64,000 nt of DNA from Octopus sinensis (lineage: Eukaryota): positions 125,364,001-125,428,000 of the forward strand of contig NC_042999.1 in NCBI RefSeq assembly GCF_006345805.1, written 5' to 3'. Positions 1-14,642 of this stretch are shown here, in pieces. The notes beneath the pieces were generated by a model, which searched no databases, had not been told where the DNA came from, and saw nothing but the letters and a program-made list of their open reading frames with translations. Numbering within the stretch: position 1 is the first letter of the stretch; each line of letters opens with the position of its first letter. The translations under genes and the position numbers were made by a program.

Positions 1-3
1 CAG

Positions 4-56
<53 letters not shown>

Positions 57-69
57 CTCTCTCTTATAT

Positions 70-112
<43 letters not shown>

Positions 113-449
113 TGCCTCCTCCTTCCTTTTTTGTATCATTTTGTTGTTGATTTCACTGACGTTTAACAGATATTTTCTTTTACGTTCTACATTCTTTCCT
201 GCATATTTATCTTCATGCTTGTTTGAGTTCATATGTCACCGAGATCGACTTTGTCTTTCATCCTTTCGGGGTCTATAAAAATAAGTACCAGTTGATCACT
301 TGAGTCATTGTAATCGACTAGCCTTCTTCTCTAAATTTCGAGCCTTGGTGCCTGCAAGAGAAAGGATTATTAATTCCCTTTTCATCTCTAAATCTATCCT
401 CGTTCCATCAGGTGCTCATTCATTGTTTGTCACTTGCGCTTTACTTATG

Positions 450-1655
450 ATTATTATTACTTGATTATGAAAACTCAGCTTATTTTGCTGGGTATGGTGG
501 AAAATGTCAGCTGTCTACAGCCAGCAGACTAAGGTGACACTTGTTCACTGGTCATTCTTTCAAGAACTCTACGAAGAATTCTTACAGTTTCAAGCAATGC
601 TGATTTTTGTAAGTGTTCTACCTTTACATCTGTACCAATCTTTTTGAGCCATGTTGGTAGTTGAGTGCTAATACTTCCAAGTGCACTAATTACTATTAGT
701 ATCACGTCTACTCTCCTCATTGACCACAATCTTCGTATTTCCCACTTCAAATTGTCGTAGTTGTTCAGTTTTTCTTCTTTCTCTTTGATCCGGGAGATAT
801 AAGTGCTTCTGTTTCTATCTTCAGGTCACTCCTCATCCATAGCCACCGGTCTTCAGTATCTGTTCGTATCTCTTGCAAACTGACCGTACATTTTTTCTCC
901 TTCCATACTGTTTCTTTTTTATGTGTTCTTTTCCTCTTTAAGTTTTTTTCTTTCTTTACACAATTATCAGTTTTAATGACTCCGAACTCCTTCACATATT
1001 CAACAATGGTTCCACGATATTTGTTACATACCACCTTAAGTTGTTTCCCTCTGTTTCGATACAATCCTGGCAACTGGTCGAACCTCTTCCACCGTTTCTT
1101 CTGGACAAGTACAGCCTATCGGTGTCACTGTTAGTGTGGAAGGCTCCGTGCACAGTCAATATTTTTCTTGTCTTCGTATCCATGTTCATCAGTTCTTTCT
1201 TTTGCCATTTTATGGTTCTAGCTCCATACCAAAGTGATGCTATTGCCCATGAATTAACTCCCTGGATTTTATTCCATCCTGTCAATTTTGAGCGCAACAC
1301 CAGTTTTAGTCTTCGGAAATATTCCATCCTCAGTTATTCTTTCATTTCCTTCTCCATGATTTCGTTGAACTCTAGTATGCCAAGGGATTTGTAGCTTTCC
1401 TTGTCAATTTGTTTAATCGGTTCTCTATTACATAATTCTATCCCTGCTAGGGACTGTACCTTGCCCCTTTTCAGGTACATTATACCACACTTCTTGAGTT
1501 CGAATTCCATTCTAATATCAGTACTAAAACAGTGGACCGTGTTCACCAAAGAAATCACTTGTGCCTCATCTTTGCCATCCAGCTTCAACTCATCCATGAA
1601 GAGGATGTGATTGATTGTTTGAGATTTTCCCTTTAACTGATATCCCAGGATACCT
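450..1655 (-). mobile_element. Degenerate R4/Dong-like non-LTR retrotransposon, 3' half (RT end plus restriction-like endonuclease C-terminus)
   Basis: Broken minus-strand ORFs: HILFMDELKL..IRMEFELKKC (RT, YMDD-like), EYFRRLKLVLRSKL..DRLYLSRRNGGRG, and WEIRRLW..ISALG..LQKSALLETVRILRRVL, typical of RLE-type LINE C-termini; frameshifts and an internal deletion. Confidence 0.8.
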
Positions 1656-2354
1656 TCCTCATCGTCGTCGTCGTTGTAACCGTCATCATCATCATCATCA
1701 TCATCATCTTCATCTTCATCATCAGTCGACTATACTCCTACTCCAAATTTAAGGCTTTGTGCCTATTTAAGACATCATCATCATCATCACAAGAAGAAGA
1801 ATTTTTATTTGATTTTGCAATCGTAGGATGTGCTTTCGCTTCACTCATAAATTGAAACGCGGAAAAAGAAAAAGAATTCAATTTAATTCAATGAAAACTT
1901 GAATGTAATATTTTATTGAATTTTTATTTGAGAGTCATTTTGTATTTCAATTCACACCACCCATGCCATCACCTCCGCAGTTTTGTTTATAAATATATTG
2001 CCCCCTCTCTCTCTCACCCTCGCGCTCTCTCTTCCTTTCTCTTTCTCTCTCTCCCTCTCCATCTTCCTCTCTCTCCCCTCTCATGCTATATCTTTCTCCT
2101 GCATAAAAATCATGTAAGCTATAAGAACTTAAATGAAAGTTTCCAGCTGTAGTTGATAAAACTCGCAATTATTATTATTGTCCTGCTTGTACCCAGCAGG
2201 TCGAGCTGACTTGGTAACAGCAAACAGATGTAAAATAATCAATATTATATCTGTTGGCTTGATAGTCACAAGGGAAGTTTGACCAGAACTTAGCAACAGC
2301 ACAGCATCGTGTCTGTCATGCGCCATAAATATCAGTGTGATAACAGATTTTTTT

Positions 2355-2357
<3 letters not shown>

Positions 2358-2391
<34 letters not shown>

Positions 2392-2394
2392 CAT

Positions 2395-2478
<84 letters not shown>
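2358..2478. repeat. (GATA)n microsatellite; a related (GACA)n/(GATA)n array lies at about 2695-2771
   Basis: Direct reading; source of the spurious LSIY-repeat ORFs. Confidence 0.95.
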
Positions 2479-2479
<1 letters not shown>

Positions 2480-2693
2480 CAGAGACAGAAAGACAGGCAG
2501 AGACACACAGACACAGGGACGAAGATAAACTTGCATATATATTCCATATATAGAGAGAGACAGACAGACAGAGATTGAATGGTACTGCCCAGGTGTCGAA
2601 ACCATAATGATATCTGTGGGGCAGCTGATGATGGAGATATGTTGGATCGTTGGTATGGCTGTGGAATAGTATCATAACACATTCTTTTGACAT

Positions 2694-2771
<78 letters not shown>

Positions 2772-3496
2772 GTGTGTTTGGTGTATAAAGGGTTGAGTAC
2801 ACATACTACCTTGTTTACAAAGTAGAGAATATTCTGGAATATTTGTCAATGCAGAGTAGAAGAGTATACCAAGATTTTGTGAATATTCATGTATTTGTTC
2901 TTGACTAAATAATCTTTTCTGCTATAGATAAGAGGCATGCAATTTCGGGGGAGGGGACTAGTCGATTACACCGACCCCAGTGCTCAACTGATACTTATTT
3001 CATCGACCCCCGAAAGAATGAAAAGCAATGTCGACCAGGCCGTGATTTAAAGGCAGAAGAAATGCCATTTCTTGGTTAAATAATTTTGGTCTATTTACGG
3101 TCCTATAACTTAGCGGTTCGACAAAAGAGACTGATAGAATAAGTGCCGGGGTCGATTTGTTCGATTAAACCCTTCAAGGCGCAGGTCACTAGCTGAAACT
3201 AGTAAAAGATAAGATATCTAAGTCAGAGAAGGAAGAACGGTGCCCAGCATTTTTATCACAGCTTCCGAGGTTGGTGGGAGGAAGGGAGAAAAACACCCTC
3301 CAATTGTAGATATGGCTGGAAAGCTTACAACAGTTTGTGCTCCTCTAAAGGCACCCAAAGGTCATGTGGTACTGTTAAACCACGTGAGACAGATTAAATC
3401 TACCAACCAAGAACAAAAACAGCTTCACACTTGCACCAATCTTTTTCAGCTATGCTAGTAGTTGAGTGCTGATACTTCCAAGTGCACCAGTACTTT

Positions 3497-3534
3497 TATT
3501 ATTATTATTATCATTATCATTATTATTATTATTA

Positions 3535-3577
<43 letters not shown>

Positions 3578-3850
3578 GTTTTACTTTTGCTTTGCATTTG
3601 TACAAGTTGGTTCCAAGTCTCAACCAGAGACTTCAAAAGACAAGTTAGAAGTTCATGTTGGTGTTATGCCCAGGGAGTCATATATTTGATTTTGCACATA
3701 GTATTGTTCTAGAGAATGTTTAAGAAAACATAAGAAAATTATAAGTTTGTTTTAAAATTTGAGATTACATAGTATTTTACGTAGGATATGGGCAGTTCTC
3801 ATGAGCACTATCTTTTGAATTTCTGCCATGTGGGGGTTTCCTTGTATCTG
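3497..3850 (-). mobile_element. 3' end of a second R4/Dong-like LINE with (TAA)n tail
   Basis: Minus strand reads EIQKIVLMRTAHILRKIL near 3770-3830, then a 3' UTR and a long (TAA)n tract at 3497-3576. Confidence 0.65.
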
Positions 3851-5202
3851 AGATATTATTATCATTATTATTATTATTATTATTATCATATAATTGTTCA
3901 AGATTTGGTAGTGTGGAGGCAAATTGCTACGGCATCATTTACTACACCTCCGTGTTGCTGGGGTGTGTGCAGCATTGTGTATTCTTTTCTATTTTGGGAA
4001 ATACGCAAACTCTTTCCAGTATTGTTTTGTGTTACTAGTTTTTCCCTTGAGGTGTGGTGCAGTATTTTGTTGTGTTACTGCTTGTATTGTTTTGAGTGTG
4101 TAATGCGTTGGTTATCTAGCTTGCTGGTGGAAGTTTATTTCACTGGGTAATTACTGTCTATTATTGTTGTTGTTGTTATGCTTCTTCTTCTTTAATCCCT
4201 AGCTGACGACTGGAAAGGGAAGCTGTCTTCTCAACCAGTACGTAACTGTGGATACTGCTTAATGACGCATTCCGATCCATGGCGCTGGCCTTAACATGCT
4301 CGAGTTCGTGACACTGTGACTTCAGGCCTTCTTCAATTCGTTTCGCCCATGTCTTCTTTGTATTCTTCTTCACCACCCGATCATTAAGATAGTTGCATTT
4401 GATTTGAGGAATATCATGCTGCTATTTCAGGGAGGCCTAGCAACCATGTAGAGCATCTCAACCACCCACCCCACCCGGCTGCTTCATTGGTTTAAAGTGT
4501 TTGTCATGATTGTTGTAAGTGAGGATGGAAGCATTAATGATGGTTGCAGCTCTAGAGGTGTGAGATGTAATGATATGTGTAGTATTACACCTGACGGCAG
4601 CGGTGATGTTGGTGGTTTCAAAGTTGGCTTACAGAAAATAGATTGAAGCTGCGAACCGCCAGCTAAAATTTCAGTCAAAGTGATAAAGCTGGAAAACGTG
4701 CTAAATATGATATCGTGATTCACACCTTAGCAGCAGGTCTCTAGGAGGCTGCAATGAAGAAGCTTAGAGTTCCACTTATGATAACATTTATGTAGAATGT
4801 TATATCAGATTTTGTTGCACCTTTGGTGGGTAAGACTGCCAATAAAACACTCTAGTTCATTTCACTATTGATAATTGTTTAATTAATTAATAATAAAAGA
4901 AGCTACAATCCATGTGAGCGTTTTTAGTGACAGAATTTCCATATAATAGTATCTATCTCAACACATGGCTTTATATCACGAATCTTACAACACAAATACA
5001 AAAACTAAATACAAAGTCTTAAATTTGACTGTAGAAGACAATTAAATAGACCTCGAGTCACAAGATTTTTAAAAGTTTCAATACATAAAATATATATAAA
5101 ATTTAAAAACCAAAAATATGTTAGTTTTAACCCTACAGACACTCCTTTAGGGAATTGGAAAAATTTAGATAACATTCTGAATGAGACGAATTCAATTGAA
5201 GA

Positions 5203-5233
<31 letters not shown>

Positions 5234-6848
5234 ATGATAAAATTTGTTACTCATGAAAGGCATTTTTTTTTAATTTATTAGTTTGGTATGGAGAACGGGC
5301 TGTACCCATGACCATCACAAGCTCTCTAAGACCGATGAGATTAATGCCTTTCACATGATCGTTATTTAACGTTCATGTTCCATGCTGTCATGGGTTGGAC
5401 GGTTTTATAGCATCCGATGTGTTCAAGAACTGCATCGTGCTCCGGTGTCCTTGCGTTCGTCAAAGATGCGTGTAAGTGATGAAAGTAGTTAACGTAGAGA
5501 GCTAGAGATAGTAAAAGATTCGGTTTCTGGACCGGAGCATCACTTTAGGAGAGGCCCAATAGTTAAGATTTACGATAATTGAAGTTACTGAGGACGATAA
5601 CATCAAGGAACAGTAAAGTGTAATAGATGACCTAGATACAGAAATACGAGAAATGATTAAAGAATTGGTAATGGTTCAAGGAGTTCTGAGAGCAGTAGAA
5701 GAAACAGATGTAGGGAAGATTTGAACCAGAGTCACTGAAAGTCATTGTCGCTGATATCCAGAAGAGTGAGGTGGGTGGCGGGAAGAGTAGAAATTACTAT
5801 GCACATACATCACCTTTCGTTGTTTGATAGGGTTAAGAATTTATATTTTAATGAAGAATAATAGGGTGTGTAGTTTGTATGTTGATAGGAGGTGATTTGT
5901 GATGGAAGGGTGGTCGACATCGAACTTTGTTCTGTTGCAAGCATTTGGATCGGGATTCCGATCAGTTTTTCAAAGAATACTTTGGTGATTATCTATCAGT
6001 GTTTCTCTCTTCATGTATTGGTGAGAACAACAACAACAATAATACAAGAATAGAAGTACAAATGTTATGACACTTAAAACAGAATTTAGAAGATAGCAAC
6101 AGAAGGAAAAGGAGACAGCAGGAAGTAACGACAACAACAGTTTCTGCAAAGTCAATTAACTATTCTATAAATAAGTTTACCTTGTTTCAGTCATTGGACT
6201 GTGGCCATACTGGGGCACTGCCTTCAATGGTTTAGTAGAATAAATCGATCCCAGTACTTACGTTTAAGTCTGGTACTATTTTCTTTTGAGGGTCTCTGTT
6301 ACCGAAACCTAATGGGGACGTAAACAAATCAACACCGGTTATCAAGCGGGTTAGGGGGTACACACACTCACACATACACACGCATACATACATACATACA
6401 TACATACATACATACATACATACATACATACATACATTCGTACGTACGTACGTACGTGTGTGCGCGCGTGTGTGTGTGTGTGTGTGTGTGTGTGAACGAT
6501 GGACTTCCATAGAGTTTGCAGCTCCCAAATTCACTTACAAGGCATTGGTTGGCCCGGGGCGGGGTATAAAAAATATGGCAAAAATAGTTGGTCATGTGAC
6601 TAAATCTACTGAAAACTAAAAAAATGATCGTCTCAGCTTCTGTAGTCTTGTAGTGTCATATAAAGTTCTTAGTGTTACTTGTTAAGGTTATCTCTACAGA
6701 TATTCTATAGAAATTATAAGCAGCACTGATTGTTGCTACATTTCGTATACGAGGCGTCAGATGTAAACAAACAATGAGATCGAAGATAAGAAAAGGGTAA
6801 TGGGTGTATGGTTGCATAACGAAATACCGCGTACCTAAAAATCATTAG

Positions 6849-7558
6849 TTACCTCCGCCAAGGAAGAAGGTTATGTTTTCATTGACGTTGGTTTGTCCGT
6901 CTGTCCGTCTGTGTGCAAAATAACTCAAAAAGTTGCGAACGGTATTCGATGAAACTCGCAGGAAAAGTTGGTGATGACACAAGAAACAAGTGATGAAATT
7001 TTGGTAGTGATCCAGGAATTTTTATGGATTCTTGAAGGATTTGTCATTATATTTACTTTACATGAAGTATTACCATGTTACGTTCTTTGTTTATCTCCCT
7101 TGAAAACACGTTTTATTTTCGTTTCTCTATAAGTAATTTTACTCACGTATCTATCTTACTGGAAACCGATGGATAAAGAGATCAAACTACATAAACAAAC
7201 GGCGGCGAAACAGTTCAGAAGTTAAATGACACTAACATATTCAAGGGTTTCTAAAAGCAGCAGCAGCAGAGGAGGAAGCAGTGGTAGCAACAACTGATGC
7301 TGAACCCTTGAGGGATGATTGATACTATACTGACCACAGAGGGATGTAAAGTAGGTAGGTAGATTTAGTTTGGTAAGGTTAGGATTAGGGTTTTTTTTTA
7401 ATCATATGGCTGTGCTATTTTTTTGTTTTACCCCTTCCAAGAAGGTTATGTTTTTTCCGGCGTTGGTTTGGGAAATTGGGCGAATTTCAGCATGCGTGTA
7501 TATGGGTAGAAATGAGCTGCTTGGCGGAGGTCTGCTCTCCCCGAGTGCTTTTCTAGTT
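6849..7558 (+). mobile_element. Non-autonomous Helentron/DINE-1-like element
   Basis: Subterminal inverted repeat acctccgccaag (6851-6862) / cttggcggaggt (7520-7531), gtcc/gtct microsatellite near the 5' end, short 3' hairpin and ctagtt terminus; partial second 5' end near 7428. Confidence 0.7.
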
Positions 7559-8679
7559 CTTAATGTATCTCAAAAGAGTTTCCAATAACCTGCTTTCAAT
7601 ATTCAGCCAAACGTAGGAGTGTAGCTAGGGGATGCAGCAAGGGGTGGCCTTAGTGGTAAAGTGAGAGTCCAATGAAAGAGTAGGTATCCAGCGGGTCTAG
7701 CTCAGCAGAAACCATACTGAGAGTCACTGAGGAGAAACAGAGAGAGAGAGAGATTTAAATGGAGAGCAGGGAGAGAGAGAGAGAGATTTAAATGGAGAGC
7801 AGGGAGAGAGAGAGGGAGTAAGAGAAAGATACAGATCCAAGGTGGAGAGAGAGAGATTGTGTGTGTGTATGTGTGCGTGCGTGCGTGTGTGTGTGTGTGA
7901 GAGTGAGTGTTTGTGTGTGCACGCGTGTGTGTGTATATTTGTATGTGTGTGTATTGTACTGGTATGAACAATAAGTAAGATGTATGAGTCTATTGTTCTT
8001 TCCTGGCAATTGTGCTCCAAATGTCAACGTAATGACAATATGCATTACAATGACTTTCAGTCGTAGAAGCAGGACTTTGAAGAAACTGGATATATTGTTT
8101 TTAACATATAAAACCATAAAAGGCAGTGAACTGGCAGAATCGTTAGCACACAGGGCAAATCGCTTAGCGACACTGCATGCTCTGAGTTCAAATTCTGCTA
8201 TGGTTGACTTTGCCTTTCATCTTTTGGGGTTGATAAAATAAGTACCAGTTGAGCAATGGGGTCGATGTAACTGATTTAGTGCCTTCCCTGAAAATGCTTG
8301 TCTTTATTAAACCATATATGATATACTCCATAAGTTTTCCAAGTTACAAATGTTAGAAGAGGTATATAGTCAACTGAACTGAGCTAGTAATGACTGACTG
8401 TTACTAATTTTGTTGGTAAAAGAGGGAGAAAATGTATCATATAACATTATTAGCATTATGATACGGTATGATATATCTTTCATATTGTGATGTCATATTT
8501 GTAAGCTGATAGCCTAACCACAATGACATTTAGACCAAGTGGTTATTTGATCAACAGCATCAAATGTCAAATTGACGCATATTTAAGAAACGATTTTTGA
8601 AGACCAAGTGGTTGTCATCATCATCATCATCCTCATCACCATCATTATCAAAATTATGCTCTTGAGAGCATCCATAAGT

Positions 8680-9200
8680 TGGACCATGCTAACCTTATCT
8701 CTTTTAATGGCAAAAACAATTCAAGCATTACTTATATCAAGAAAGCACCACTGTACCCATGCTCCAACAAAATATGAGTGTTACTCAATTAAAAATCTTC
8801 ACAGTTGCTCTAAATGTTGGCCTCACTATCAGCAACGATCTCACCAAGCAAAAGCCATTCTTGGCATAACTAGGACCACTTCCTCCAAACTGGCCCTTCA
8901 TTTTAGAGCCAGCCAATACTTCAGTCCTCAACAGCTATTAACATTCTACAAGACTCAAGTGAGGCCCATAATAGAGTACTGCTCTCACATTTGGGACAGT
9001 ACTGCTGCTACACATACTGACATCCTGGATCCTATCCACTTGGCTGATTGGCACTCTATCACTTATGAGTCACACTCCAGCCTCTGGTCCACTGTCATGT
9101 TGTCTCCTCTTTCAGTCCTTTCCATCATTATTATGATAGTCTTTGCACTTCAGAGCTGGCTGGTTTCATACCTCTACCACTTCAGCATCCCCAACCCACT
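8680..9200 (+). mobile_element. Degenerate CR1/Jockey-group LINE fragment (post-RT region)
   Basis: SSKLALHFRASQYFSPQQLLTFYKTQVRPIIEYCSHIW motif within ORF 8608-9405. Confidence 0.7.
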
Positions 9201-11563
9201 CTCCCTTTCACATACTAACCACTATGCCCAATTCTTCATCCTCAAAACAATATCTTCCCTACTTGTATCACTCCTGTATCCTAAATGGAACATTACTCAG
9301 AGGGCCCACAGGTGTCATTGTCCCTACTCCTTACTCCAAACTCAGCAAGTAAAAGGGAAAAAATGCTTTTATACTGAGAAAACACTATTATGTATCCAAG
9401 TGTAATTATACTATATATGCAATATTGTCTATGAAACCAAGACTTCTATTATGTGATCAAATCAAGCATTTTCATCTTTAATATTATAGGAGATTGTGAG
9501 TGGTATCTTCTTCTTCATCCATCTCATATTATCTCAGAGTATTTCTTTCCTTCACGATGTATAATTAATTTACCTGTTCATATATTAGCCTTTGATGCTA
9601 AGCTGGTTTTACACTTTTACCAGCTCATTTACACTTATTAGTTCTCTCTCTCAATTTCATCATTGCACAGCCAATAGTTTAGACTCAATTCATCCTACAT
9701 CAATTGTATAAAATATCATACTTCATAAACATGCTGTCTACCTTATTTTGGCTTGAAAGAAAATCTCTTCATCATCTCAAAAGCACTTCCTTAACCCTTT
9801 TGATGTCAAAACACATGTTTTAATGAGTTTATACAGTCGAAAATCTCTAATCTGAAATTTCTGAAACTGAAAATGTCAATTTCAGATTTTTTTTTTATTT
9901 CAAAATATACTTATATATACACCTATACATTTCATAATATAGTTTATAAATAAACTATGAATGTAATGCCATATAAATCTTTAATAATTTTTCATACATA
10001 AAACCAAGAGAAAAACAAGATATCACTCTCCACCTATGATGTCCTGCTTTGATTAAAATGTTACAGTACTCGTACACTATTTGTATTTATCTTTTATTTT
10101 ACAGGTATTAGGTTTCATGTAAAGTGTAAATACAAACTATTGAAGATGATTACAAGTGAAATGTAAACTGAAAAAAAGGCTGCATCATATTTTTAAAGTA
10201 TAAACAAGTAATGATGCTAGTCATGTTACATTCGTACATAGAGGTCAAATTTAGATCTCATGTAAAAATAACATTTTGTTCTTCCTATACAAAACAAAAC
10301 ACAATGATCACTGCTTACAAACTCGTGGTAGACAGAAACTGAAAGAAACTTGTTGTCTGTCTGTATGTGAGTGTGTGTGAATATAAGTGTGTGTGTGTGT
10401 GTGTGTGTCCGTCCTTGTCCTGACCTTGCACAGTTGTTGTGAAATTCTGCCTGTCCAGGACCCCTGTACCTCAGTCTACATTTACTCTACATAGATATAT
10501 TACACCTTTTTGGAATCAGGATGATCCCAGGGTTGAAAATCTACCCTTCATTTGGTTCTTGAACATCCAGCATTGGGATCTGATTAAAAAGCATTTCAGT
10601 TGCTATTTCTAGCAGGTAAAACTTGGTTGATTCATACCATCTTGGCTGGCATTTGTCAGATGGCATCAGAGATCAAGGGGGAGATAGATGACATTTGCTT
10701 CATTAATTTTATGTGAAGACAAGAACTTTGGGACAAATTGGCCAACAGTTGGAGTTCAACTTGGGACTGGAACAATAGAATGATTGCATTACAGAATTAA
10801 TTCTCATCCATCCTTAACCTCTGATCAAACACCAGCAAGACACATAGTCATTATAGACATATTATAGTCATGCCATTTAACTCTCTTTAGCCTTCTGCAG
10901 GAATTAGCTTAAAAGTCCGCGTGAGCTTTTAAGTTAATTCTGGCAATAAGAAAATATTAGTTTGCTTGGAGTCCAACCCATGCAAATATAGAAAAGTAGA
11001 TGTTAAAATGATGATGCTGATGCAAAGAAAATAGTTCATATGACCACAAAGTATTAATGGTCTTACTTTGTAGTTATATAAACCAGAGGTATGAAAGAGT
11101 AAAATGCTTCTGGAAAACCTTGAACAAGTGACACAAATCTTCGAATTTAATTAATTAAAGCAATTAGTAAGAATCTTTACCTACATGTACATATGTATAC
11201 ATACACACATACATGCAGATATGCATACATATCATGTTCCTCCATTAGAGCAATGAGGACTCTCTAGTTATCCTTAAGGATGACTGATGACTTGCACAAT
11301 GACTTTCTTTAATCATTTAGCATTCAGATTACTCTGTCAAAAGCAATGCTTATTTATTCCCATTGTTTTGAATTAATCATGCTTTAACTTGTAGCTTTGC
11401 GATTTTGATGAGGTAACTGTTAATTTTCAGAATATTGTAGTGCTGGTGCGAGAAACCAGATCTGGCCAGTTTGAACATACAACAGGTGGAATATTTTGCC
11501 TCATCATGCTCTCTACACTCCACAGCTGCCTTCCTTCCATAAAGACATAAAGGTTTCTATTAA

Positions 11564-11787
11564 GGCGGCGAGCTGGCAGAAATATTAGTATGCCGGGCAA
11601 AATGCTTAGTGGTATTTCATCTGTCTTTACATTCTGAGTTCAAATTCCACCAAGGTTGACTTTGTCTTTCATCCTTTTGGGGTCGATAAATTACACACTG
11701 GGGTCTATGTAATCGACTTAATCCATTTGTCTGTCCTTGTTTGTCCCCTCTATGTTTAGCCCCTTGTGGGCAATAAAGAAATAAGAA
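11564..11787 (+). mobile_element. tRNA-derived SINE, family A (resembles octopus OR/OK-type SINEs). Other copies near 225, 2930(-), 8120, 12960(-), 21836, 23205, 30950(-), 35230(-), 36800(-), 41150, 41855, 47140(-), 47357, 62690(-)
   Basis: Recurring consensus ggcggcgagctggcagaa..gttctgagttcaaattcc (A/B boxes)..gactttgcctttcatcc..ggggtcgat..; imperfect target-site duplication on either side. Confidence 0.85.
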
Positions 11788-12040
11788 ACATGAAGGTTTC
11801 TTTCTCAGAGTTTGTCAAATCCAGTCTTCACATGCTTAGGTAGGTAAGTCCTAATATGCTAATTAACCCACAGCTGAAACCCTGATAGGTGCTACTGTTC
11901 TGAGTCAGAGAAGACCTGGAAACAATAGTGACTAAGAGGTGGTTCAACACTCCTTAAAACCCTGAAACTCCCAAACCAGTATCTAACTACCAGATGCTGC
12001 TTAAAGTTATCCCCAAGATTTATGCATACATATATAAACA

Positions 12041-12440
12041 TGTGGCAGTGTGGTAAGAAGCTTGCTTCTCAACCAGATGGCTCTGGGCTCGGTCCCACCA
12101 CATGACACCTTGAGCAAGTGTCTTTTATTAGAGCCTTAGGCCAACCAAAGTATTGTGGCTGGATTTTGTTGACGGAAACTGAAAGAAACTCATTGTATCA
12201 GTATATATATATCTGTGTGTGTGTGTGTGTTTATGTCTGTGTTTGTCCTCTACCATCACTTGACAACCAATGTTGGTGTGTTTATGTCCCCATAACTTAT
12301 CAGTTTGGCAAAACAGACTGATAGAATAAGTACCAGGCTTAACAAAAAAATAAGTATTGGGGTTGATTAATTTGACTAAAAATTCTTCAAGGTATTGCCC
12401 CAGCATGACCGCAGTCTAATGACTGAAACAAGTAAAGTAA
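12041..12440 (+). mobile_element. tRNA-derived SINE, family B, with internal (TG)n. Other copies near 6180(-), 24955(-), 28970, 29850, 37055, 51340+53888(-, interrupted), 58880(-)
   Basis: Recurring consensus gtgtggtaagaagcttgcttc..ggttcagtcccactg..ccttgggcaagtgtctt..(TG)n..gatagaataagtaccaggctt..gactgaaacaagtaaa. Confidence 0.85.
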
Positions 12441-13602
12441 CTGGATCACTGTTGGTTTCAATAATGAATATCTTAATAATTCAATCAACTGAACTATCTG
12501 CCCCATGCATTAGTATGGAAATGGTTGTGTATTCCACAGACTCATATATCTTAACATAATCTAGCATGGTATCATATGTGACAAAGCTGGGCCTTTGAAT
12601 TACAGTGAAAATCCAGCTGATGGGCTTCTAAACACTTTTTATCTACACAATTCCACTCACAAGTTTTAGGTAAACCTAGGGATATGTCAAATAACACACA
12701 TCCATGATGCCATGTAGTAGGATGAAGCCTAGAACCACATGATTGCAAAAGTAGCTTTTTAACTATTTGGCCATGCTACAAACACACACACTGATAATCA
12801 TACACATGCTCATGTGTGTACATGCAAACAGCTCTCATCAAACAAATTAGAATAAAACAATGGAAAAGATTTCAACCCTTTTTTGTTTCATCCAAAAAGA
12901 AATGAAAACAGAAAAATTCAATGACATATTCTAATAGATAAATAACGACCTCATATTTTGCCACAAAGCCACCAGTTTTCAAGGTGATGGGGAAGAGACT
13001 TGATGTAATTGATCCCAGTACTTGACTGGTACTTATCTTATCAACCCTGAAAGGATGAAAAGCAAAGTCAACTTCACCAGAGTTCAGAATGTAAATATGG
13101 ATGAAATGTCACTAAGCCCTTGTCCAGCATGCTAATGGTTCTACCAGCTTGCTGCCTTTAAAAGAAAAAAAATTGTAATAAATAATGTTTTTAGTAGAAT
13201 CTATGTCAAGCTCTAATAAGCAATATTTATTATAAACTGTGAAGCAAACTCAAAATGTGTCATAACCTACACTGTGTATTTAAAAAAATATAATAATGAG
13301 TTTAAACTAGACTATGAAACTGTAATTCTTGAAATCTTCAAGATAACTAGAATATAAAAATATTTCATGAATGGCAGTGAATAACACAGGGAAGTTAGTA
13401 TGTCAGCAGAGTTAGCTATCTTCTGTTTACATCTTGAATAATTTGGAGGTGTCTAAGAACAGTTAATATCTTATGTTTTAGTAGCTAACATATTTATTTT
13501 TTTAGCTTAATTATATTGTAGCATATTTTACTCGGTGGTTAGATGAAATGATATAAATCTGATTTTTAAAAAATAATAGCTGTGAGGTTAAGATACAGGA
13601 TT

Positions 13603-14003
13603 TTAACACTTTTATTTCCACATTTCAATTGAAATAAACTACTTTCGTTTCAGTTAACCCTTTCTTTACTGTATTTATTTTGAGATGCTGTGTTTCTTCC
13701 AATTATTTAAAATATAACAAAGAATTTAGTAAAATAACATCGTTATCATTAAGCTAGTGTTAGGAACATAAATTGTGACTAAGGTTTGGTGGAAGATTTG
13801 AATTCAAAACTTATAAAAACAAGACACTAAAGAGCCAGGGTTGGTAACGAAAAGGTTAATTTTCAAAATACTGAAGAATTTCTTAACATTTTGGTGTTTG
13901 GAATATAAATGAACATGAAATTTTGATTGGAGGATTTAATTTAGATCATTTTAAAACAGAAAGTTTATATTATATAACAAGAAGTGGCCTAAAAAATAGT
14001 TAA
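13603..14003. mobile_element. TTAA-targeting MITE (about 13654-13859) nested in a related older MITE
   Basis: Inner element bounded by ttaaccctttc / gaaaaggttaa; the flanks join into a similar element, with another relative near 26600-26830. Confidence 0.5.
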
Positions 14004-14590
14004 ACCACATTGTCATATGTTTAAGCTTCACATTGAGCATTAAATAGTGCTCCAACAAGTTTATGGTCAAGCCTATAGCAGTAGAAACATCCAGCATTCT
14101 TGGCTCCCAGACCATATCTCTACTCACCACTATCTGGGTGGAGATGGTTGTCCACAAGTGTGAGCCCCATGAGTCAGAAAGGCTGTTCCAGCACATCTCC
14201 CTCACCATCCACCAGGGCATCACCTTTTCCTTTTTGTCTGCTGGGGCCATGAGGCAGTCTGACTTACAGGAAATTATATATTCCACTCCTTAATGTAATG
14301 TTTCCACATCCATATTCTCACAATTCCATTTATGGTGAGTGAGAAATTGTGTGGCCAATCCTTAAGTTATTTCTTGTTTTGCCTTTATATCAAATTTTTA
14401 AAATAATCTTTGAATAATCAATTTTATCCGGACTTTTTACAAACCCCTAAACAATGTAAACTCTGGGCTTCATTCAGCCAAGCTAATAAGTAATTTCATT
14501 CCCACTTCTATGGGTGAGTGGTTAGCACTAGGAAATGTATCTCACTGTAAAAACAGTTACCTCAATATGTCCAAACTTCCAAAAATAGGT

Positions 14591-14642
<52 letters not shown>

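Noticed and set aside
2129-3712. ORFs with LSIY, poly-I, poly-L or poly-Y runs
   Set aside because: Translations of GATA and ATT microsatellites; the same applies to the HT/CV/YI-repeat ORFs at about 6.2, 7.7, 44.2 and 58 kb
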